From Eledone cirrhosa (lineage: Eukaryota), in contig OZ024740.1 of NCBI GenBank assembly GCA_964016885.1, forward strand, positions 30,690,001 to 30,754,000: DNA of 64,000 bases, given 5' to 3'. A model generated the notes under the pieces. It saw nothing but the letters and a program-made list of their open reading frames with translations, made no database searches and had not been told where the DNA came from. Below are positions 56,145-64,000 of the stretch, in pieces. A program made the position numbers and the translations under genes. Within the stretch, counting starts at the first letter, position 1, and every line of letters starts with the position of its first letter.

Positions 56145-59100
56145 GTTTAGGTGTGATCTGGTGTAGGGTGTTGTGGTGTAGGGTGTTGAGGTGTTGTGTG
56201 GTGTGGTGTGGTGTGGTGTTGTGTGGTGTAGGGTGGTCTGGTGTAGTGTGGTGTAGCGTGTTGTGGTGTAGTGTAGTGTAGTGTGGTCTGGTGTAGTGTT
56301 GTGTGGTGTGGTGTAGTGTGGACTGGTGTAGTGTGGTATAGGGTGTTGTGGTGTAGTGTGGTGTGGCGTGGTGTAGTGTGGTCTGCTTTGGTGTGATGTG
56401 GTGTGGTGTATTGTGGTGTAGTGTGGTGTAGTGTAGTGTGGTGTGCTGTAGTATGGTGTAGTGTGGCGTGGTACGGTGTGGTGTGGTGTGGTGTAGTGTG
56501 GCGTGGTACGGTGTGGTGTGGTGTGGTGTGGTGTGGTGTGGTGTGGTGTGGTGTGGTATGGTGTAGTGTGGTGTAATGTGGTGTAGTATGGTGTGGTGTG
56601 GTTTGGTGTAGTGGTGTAGTGTGGAGTAGTATGGTGTAGTGTGGTGTCGTGTAGTGTGGTCTGGTGTGGTGTAGTGTGGTCCAGTGTGGTGTTGTGTGGT
56701 GTGGTGTGGTCTGGTGTGGTGTAGTGTAGTGTGGTGTGGTGTGATGTGGTGTAGTGTAGTGTGGTGTGGTGTAGTTTGGTGTTGTGGTGTAGGGTGTTGT
56801 GGTGTAGTGTGGTCTAGTGTGGTCAGGTGTAGTGTGGTATAGTGTGGTGCAGTGTGGTCTCGTGTGGTGTGGTGTAGTGTGGCGTAGTGTGGTCTGGTGT
56901 AGTGTAGTGTGGTGTAGTGTGGTGTGGTGTGGTGTGGTGTAGTGTGGTGTGGTGTGGTGTGGTGTGGTGTGGTGTTGTGTGGTCTGGTGCAGTGTGGTGT
57001 AGTGTAATGTGGTGTAGTCTGATGTAGTATGGTGTGTTATGGTCTGGTGTGGTGTGGTGTTGTGTGGTTTAGTGTGGTGTGGTGTAGTGTGGTGTGGTGT
57101 AGTGTAGCGTGGTGTGGAGTGGTGCGGTGTAGTGTGGTGTGATGTAGTGTGGTGTGGTTTAGTGTGGTGTGGTGTAGTGCGGTGTGTTGTAGTGTGGTGT
57201 GGTGTAGTGTGATGTGGTGTGGGGCTGTGTGGTGTAGTGTGGTGTGGTGTGGGGTGGCATAGTGTGGTGTAGTGTAGTGTGGTGTAGTGTGGTGTGGTGT
57301 GGTGTAGTGTAGTGTAGTGTGGAGTGGTGTGGTATAGTGTAGTGTAGTGAAGTGTATAGTGGTGTAGTGTGGTTTAGTGTGGTGTAGTGCGGTGTGGTAT
57401 GGTGTAGTGTAGTGTGGTGTGGTGTACTGTAGTGAAGTGTAGTGTGGTGTAGTGTAGTCTGGTGTAGTGTGGTGTAGTGTAATGTGGTGTGGTGAGGTAT
57501 GGTGTAGTGTGGTGTAGTGCAGTGAGGTGTAATGTGGTGTAGTGTAGTGAGGTGTGGTGTGGTGTGGTGTAGTGTAGTGTGGTGTAGTGTAGTGTGGTGT
57601 GGTGTAGTCTGGTGTGGTGTATTGTGGTGTAGTGTGGTTTAGTGTGGTGTACTGTTGTGTAGTGTGGTGTGGTGTGGTGTGATGTGGTGTATTGTGGTGT
57701 AGTGTGGTTTAGTGTGGTGTAGTGTGGTGTAGTGTGGTGTACTGTTGTGTAGTGTGGTGTGGTGTGGTGTGATGTGGTGTGATGTGTAGTGTAGTGTGGT
57801 GTGGTCTTGTGTGGTATGGTGTGGTGTGGTGTAATGTGGTGTGGTGTAATGTGGTGTGGTGTGGTGTAATGTGGTGTGGTGTGGTGTAGTGTGGTGTAGT
57901 GTAGTGTGGTGAACTGTAGTGTAGTGTGGTGTAGTGTGATGTGGTGTGGTGTGGTGTAGTGTGGTGTGGTGTGGTGTGGTGTGGTGTGGTGTGGTCTGGT
58001 GTGGTGTAATGTGGTGTAGTGTGGTTTTGTGTGGTGTAGTGTGGTGTGGTGTGGTGTAGTGTGGTGTAGTGTGGTGAACTGTTGTGTAATGTGGTGTGGT
58101 GTAATGTGGTGTGGTGTGGTGTGGTGTGGTGTGGTGTAGTGTGGTGTAGTGTGGGGCTGTGTGGTGTGGTTTAGTGTGGTGCGGTGTAGTGTGGTGTGTT
58201 GTAGTGTGGTGTGGTGTGGGGCTGTGTGGTGAAGTGTGGTGTGGTGTGGTGTGGTGTGGTGTGGTGCGGTGTGGTGTGGTGTGATGTAGTGTGGTATGGT
58301 GTGGTGTGGTGTTGTGTGGTGTGGTGTGGTGTAGTGTAATTTAGTGTGATGTAGTGTGGGGAAGTGTGGTGTGGTGTGGTGCGGTGTGTTGTGGTGTGAT
58401 GTAGTGTGGTGTGGTGTGGTGTTGTGTGGTGTGGTGTAGTGTGGTTTAGTGTGGTGTAGTGCGGTGTAGTGTGGTATTGTGTAGTGTAGTGTAGTGTGGT
58501 GTACTGTAGTGAAGTGTAGTGTGGTGTAGTGTAGTGTAGTATAGTGTGGTGTAGTGTGGTATAGTGTAATGTGGTGTGGTGTGGTGTGGTTTGGTGAGGC
58601 ATGGTGTAGTGTGGTGTAGTGTAGTGAGGTGTAGTGTAGTGTGGTGTAGTGAGGTGTGGTGTGGTGTAGTGTGGTGTAGTGTAGTGTAGTGTGGTGTGGT
58701 GTAGTCTGGTGTGGTGTATTGTGGTGTAGTGTGCTTTAGTGTGGTGTACTGTTGTGTAGTGTGGTGTGGTGTGATGTGGTGTGATGTGTAGTGTGGTGTG
58801 TTTAGTGTCGTGTGGTCTGGTGTAGTGTGGTGTAGTGTGGTGTGGTGTGGTGTGGTGTAATGTGGTGGGGTGCAATGTGGTGTGGTGTGGTGTGGTGTAA
58901 TGTGGTGTGGTGTGGTGTGGTGTAGTGTGGTGTAGTGTAGTGTGGTGTACTGTAGTGTAGTGTGGTATAGTATGATTTGGTGTGGTGTAGTGTAGTGTGG
59001 TGTAGTGTGGTGTGGTGTAGTGTAGTGTGGTGTGGTGCGGTGTGGTGTGGTGTGGTGCAGTCTGGTGTGGTGTAATGTGGTGTAGTGTGGTGTAGTGTAG

Positions 59101-62100
59101 TGTGGTGTAGTGTGGTGTGGTGTGGTGTAGTCTGGTGTAGTGTGGTGTACTGTTGTGTAATGTGGTGTGGTGTAATGTGGTGTAGTGTAATGTGGTGTAA
59201 TGTGGTGTGGTGTAGTGTAGTGTGGTTTACTGTAGTGTAGTGTGGTGTGGTGTAGCGTGATGTGGTGTAGTGTAGTGTGGTGTAGTGTAGTGTAGTGTGG
59301 TGTAGTGTGGTGTGGTGTGGTGTAGTGCAGTGTAGTGTGGTCCGGTGTGGTGTGGTGTAGTCTGGTGTGGTGTAATGTGGTGTAGTGTGGTTTAGTGTAG
59401 TGTAGTGTGGTGTGGTGTGGTGTAGTGTGGTGTAGTGTGGTGAACTGTTGTGTAATGTGGTGTGGTGTGGTGTAATGTGGTGTGGTGTAGTGTAGTGTGG
59501 TGTAGTGTAGTGTGGTGTACTGTAGTGTAGTGTAGTGTATTGTGGTGCAGTGTAGTGTGGTGTGTTGTGGTGTGGTGTGGTTTGTTGTGGTGTGGTGTAG
59601 TGTGGTGTAGTTTAGTGTGGTGTAGTGTGGTGTGATGTGGTGTGTTGTAGTGTGGTGTAGTTTGGTGTGGTATCGTGTGGTGTGGTTTAGTGTGGTGTGG
59701 TGTAGTGTGTTGTGTTGTAGTGTGGTGTGGTGTGATGTGGTGTGGGGCTGTGTGATGTGGTGTGGTGTTGTGTTGTGTAGTGTAGTGTGGTGTGGTATGG
59801 TATAGTCTAGTGTAGTGAAGTGTATAGTAGTTTGGTATGGTGTAGTGTAGTGTGGTGTGGTGTAGTGTGGTGTGGTGTAGTGTGTTGTGTTGTAGTGTGG
59901 TGTGGGGCTGTGTGATGTGCTGTGGTGTGGTGTTGTGTTGTGTTGTGTAGTGTAGTGTGGTGTGGTATAGTCTAGTGTAGTGAAGTGTATAGTAGTTTGG
60001 TATGGTGTAGTGTAGTGTGGTGTGGTGTACTGTAGTGAAGTGTAGTGTTGTGTAGTGTAGTATGGTGTGGTGTACTGTAGTGAAGTGTAGTGTGGTGTGG
60101 TGTACTGTAGTGAAGTGTAGTGTGGTGTAGTGTGGTGTAGTGTAGTGTGGTGTACTGTGGTGTAGTGTAATGTGGTGTGGTTTAATGTGGTGTAGTGTAG
60201 TGTAGTGTGGTTTAATGTGGTGTACTGTTGTGTAGTGTGGTGTGGTGTGATGTGTAGTGTAGTGTGGTGTTGTTTAGTGTGGTGTGGTCTTGTGTGCTAA
60301 TGTGTGGTGCGGTGTGGTGTAATGTGGTGTGGTGTAGTGTAGTGTGGTGTAGTGTAGTGTGGTGTACTGTAGTGTAGTGTGGTGTAGTGTGATGTGGTGT
60401 GGTGTAGTGTGGTGTGGTGTGCTGCGGTGTAGTGTGGTGTGGTCTGGTGTGGTGTAATGTGGTGTAGTGTGGTTTTGTGTAGTGTGGTGTGGTGTGGTGT
60501 AGTGTGGTGTAGTGTGGTGAACTGTTGTGTAATGTGGTGTGGTGTAATGTGGTGTAGTGTAGTGTGGTGTACTGTTGTGTAGTGTGGTGTAGTGTGGTGC
60601 AGTGTAGTGTGGTGTGTTGTGGTGTGGTGTGGTGTAGTGTGGTGTAGTGTGGAGTAGTGTTGTGTGGTTTAGCGTGGTGCGGTGTGGTTTGGTGTGTTGT
60701 AGTGTGGTGTGGTGTGGGGCTGTGTGTTGTAGTGTGATGTGGTGTGGGGAAGTGTGGTGAAGTGTGGTTTGGTGTGGTGCGGTGTGGTGTGGTGTGGTGT
60801 GATGTAGTGTGGTATGGTGTGGTGTGGTGTTGTGTGGTGTGGTGTGGTGTGGTGTGGTGTAGTGTAATTTAGTGTGATGTAGTGTGGTGTAGTGTGGTGT
60901 GGTTTGGTGTGGTGTGGCATAGTATGGTGTATTGTAGTGTGGTGTAGTGTGGTGTGGCCTGGTGTTGTGTAGTGTGGTGTGGTGTGGTGTGGTATAGTGT
61001 AGTGTAGTGAAGTGTATAGTGGTGTAGTGCTGTTTAGTGTGGTGTAGTGTAGTGTGGTATGGTGTAGTGTAGTGTGGTGTACTGTAGTGAAGTGTAGTGT
61101 GGTGTAGTGTAGTGTAGTGTAGTGTGGTGTAGTGTGGTGTAGTGTAATGTGGTGTGGTGGGGTTTGGTGTGGTGAGGTATGGTGTAGTGTGGTGTAGTGT
61201 AGTGAGGTGTAGTGTAGTGAGGTGTAGTGTAGTGTGGTGTAGTGTAACAGTAGTGTGGTGTGGTGTAGTCTGGTGTGGTGTATTGTGGTGTAGTGTGGTG
61301 TACTGTAGTGTAGTGTGGTATAGTATTATTTTTTGAAATGTAGTGTGGTGTAGTGTGGTGTGGTGTAGTGTAGTGTGGTGCGGTGTGGTGTGGTGTGGTG
61401 TGGTTTAGTCTGGTGTGGTGTAATGTGGTGTGGTGTAGTGTGGTGTATTGTAGTGTGATGTGGTGTAGTGTGGTGTAGTGTGGTGTACTGTTGTGTAATG
61501 TGGTGTGGTGTAATGTGGTGTGGTGTGGTGTAGTGTGGTGTGGTGTAGTGTGGTGTAGTGTGGTGCAGTGTAGTGTAGTGTGGTGTGTTGTGGTGTGGTG
61601 TGATGTGGTGTGGTGTGATGTGTAGTGTAGTGTTGTTTAGTGTGGTGTGTTCTGGTGTAGTGTATTGTGGTGTAGTGTGGTGTGGTTTAATGTGGTGGGG
61701 TGCAATGTGGTGTGGTGTGGTGTAATGTGGTGTAGTGAGGTGTAGTGTAGTGTGGTGTACTGTAGTGTAGTGTGGTATAGTATGATTTGGTGTAGTGTAG
61801 TGTGGTGTAGTGTGGTGTAGTGTGGTGTGGTGTAGTGTAGTGTGGTGTGGTGCGGTGTGGTGTGGTGTGGTGTAGTCTGGTGTGGTGTAATGTGGTGTAG
61901 TGTGGTTTAGTGGGGTGTAGTGTAGTGTAGTGTGGTGTAGTGTGGTGTAGTGTGGTGTATTGTTGTGTAATGTGGTGTGGTGTAATGTGGTGTGGTGTGC
62001 TGTAGTGTAGTGTGGTGTAGTGTGGTGCAGTGTAGTGTGGTGTGGTGTGGTGTGGTGTAGTGTGGTGTAGTGTGGTGTAGTGTGGTGCGGTGTAGTGTGG

Positions 62101-64000
62101 TGTGGTGTGGTGTGGTGTTGTGTAGTGTGGTGTGGTGTGGTGTGGTGTGGTATAGGGTAGTGTAGTGAGATGTATAGTGGTGTAGTGTGGTTTATTGTGG
62201 TGTAGTGTGGTGTAGTGTGGTAAGGTGTAGTGTAGTGCGTGTGGTGTACTGTAGTGAAGTGTAGTGTGGTGTAGTGTGGTGTAGTGTTGTGTGGTGTAGT
62301 GTAATGTGGTGTGGTGTGGTGAGGTGTGGTGTCATGTGGTGTAGTGTGGTGTAGCGTGATGTGGTGTGGTGTAGTGTGGTGTGGTGTAGTGTAGTGTGGT
62401 GTAGTGTAGTGAGGTGTAGTGTGGTGTACTGTTGTGTAGTGTGGTGTGGTGTAGCGTGATGTGGTGTGATGTGTAGTGTGTTGTGGTGTGGTGTAGTGTG
62501 GTGTGGTGTGGTCTTGTGTAGTGTGGTCTGGTGTAGTGTAGTGTGGTGTGATGTAATGTGGTGTGGTGTAATGTGGTGTGGTGTGGTGTAATGTGGTGTG
62601 GTGTAGTGTAGTGTGGTGTACTGTAGTGTAGTGTGGTATAGTATGATTTGGTGTGGTGTAGTGTAGTGTGGTGTAGTGTGGTGTAGTGTGGTGTGGTGTA
62701 GTGTAGTGTGGTGTGGTGCGGTGTGGTGTAGTCTGGTGTGGTGTAGTCTGGTGTGGTTTAGTGTGGTTTAGTGTGGTGTAGTGTAGTGTGGTGTGGTGTA
62801 ATGTGGTGTAGTGTTGTGTGGTGTAGTGTAATGTGGTGTGGTGTGTTGTGGTGAGGTGTGGTGTAATGTGGTGTAGTGTGGTGTAGCGTGATGTGGTGTG
62901 GTGTAGTGTGGTGTGGTGTAGTGTAGTGTAGTGTGGTGTAGTGTAGTGAGGTGTAGAGTGGTGTAGTGTAGTGAAGTGTAATGTGGTGTACTGTTGTGTA
63001 GTGTTGTGTGGTGTGGTGTAGCGTGATGTGGTGTGGTGCGGTGTGGTGTGTTGTGGTGTAGTCTGGTGTGGTGTAATGTGGTGTAGTGTGGTTTTGTGTG
63101 GTGCAGTGTGGTGTGGTGTGGTGTGGTGTGGTGTAGTGTGGTGTACTGTTGTGTAATGTGGTGTGGTGTAATGTGGTGTGGTGTAGTGTGGTGTAGTGTA
63201 GTGTGGTGTAGTGTGGTGCAGTGTAGTGTAGTGTGGTGTGTTGTGGTGTGGTGTGGTGTGGTGTGGTGTGGTGTAGTGTGGTTTAGTGTGGTGTAGTGTG
63301 GTGTACTGTTGTATGATTTGGTGTAGTGTAGTGTGGTGTAGTGTGGTGTAGTGTGGTGTGGTGTAGTGTAGTGTGGTGTGGTGTAGTCTGGTGTGGTGTG
63401 GTGTAGTCTGGTGTGGTGTAATGTACTGTTGTGTAATGTGGTGTGGTGTGGTGTAATGTGGTGTGGTGTAATGTGGTGTGGTGTAGTGTGGTGTAGTGTA
63501 GTGTGGTGTACTTTAGTGTAGTTTGGTGTATTGTGGTGCAGTGTAGTGTAGTGTAGTGTAGTGTGGTGTGTTGTGGTGTGGTGTGGTGTAGTGTGGTGTA
63601 GTGTGGTGTGGTATCGTGTGGTGTTGTTTAGTGTGGTGTGATGTAGTGTGGTGTATTGTAGTGTGATGTGGTGTGGTGTAGTGTGGTGTGGTTTGGTGTG
63701 GCATAGTGTGGTGTGGTGTGGTGTGGTATAGTGTAGTGTAGTAAAGTGTATAGTGGTGTAGTGTGGTTTAGTGTGGTGTAGTGCGGTGTAGTGTGGTATG
63801 GTGTAGTGTAGTGTAGTGTGGTGTACTGTAGTGAAGTGTAGTGTGGTGTAGTGTATTGTAGTGTAGTGTAGTGTGGTGTAGTGTGGTGTAGTGTAATGTG
63901 GTGTGGTGTGGTTTGGTGTGGTGAGGTATAGTGTAGTGTGGTGTAGTGTAGTGAGGTGTAGTGTAGTGTGGTGTAGTGAGGTGTAGTGTGGTGTAGTGTA
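56145..64000. repeat. Pentameric satellite (TGTGG/TGTAG)n, >7.8 kb, runs off the window
   Basis: Direct reading; short inverted (CAC)n at 56077-56118. Confidence 0.97.

Noticed and set aside
58171-63704. His/Thr/Pro-rich and Val/Trp/Cys-rich ORFs
   Set aside because: Translations of the pentamer satellite
56145-64000. Telomeric array
   Set aside because: Unit is not TTAGGG and is heterogeneous

Overview
Eukaryotic, repeat-saturated, AT- and microsatellite-rich DNA with no recognisable host gene. The tRNA-derived SINEs and (TA)n/(CA)n density suggest an octopus or other cephalopod (inference). The window is dominated by Penelope-like retroelements (PLEs: RT with YRDD, CxCx5C linker, C-terminal GIY-YIG) of four related families (A-D), plus a Neptune-type fragment. 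Positions 876-17762 form a near-perfect ~17 kb palindrome (A> <B | B> <A) folded back inside the RT gene of element B through a 4-nt microhomology. By eye I find nine complete-core type I hammerhead ribozyme motifs (seven distinct sequences) plus degenerate and half copies. Most have palindromic (dimer-type) stem III, two or three carry the compensatory U3-A8 core, and one group has a ~115-nt stem II. They sit in PLE 3' ends and in short non-coding retrozyme-like units (a 420-bp tandem; a ~300-bp circularly permuted family). Fold-back inversions recur from ~60 bp to 17 kb. Also present: decayed CRE-clade and Tx1/L1-clade LINEs, a hAT (Charlie/Buster-like) fossil, Helitron-like ends, SINEs, minisatellites and ~7.9 kb of (TGTRG)n satellite. 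All structures were read manually; no searches or folding were run.
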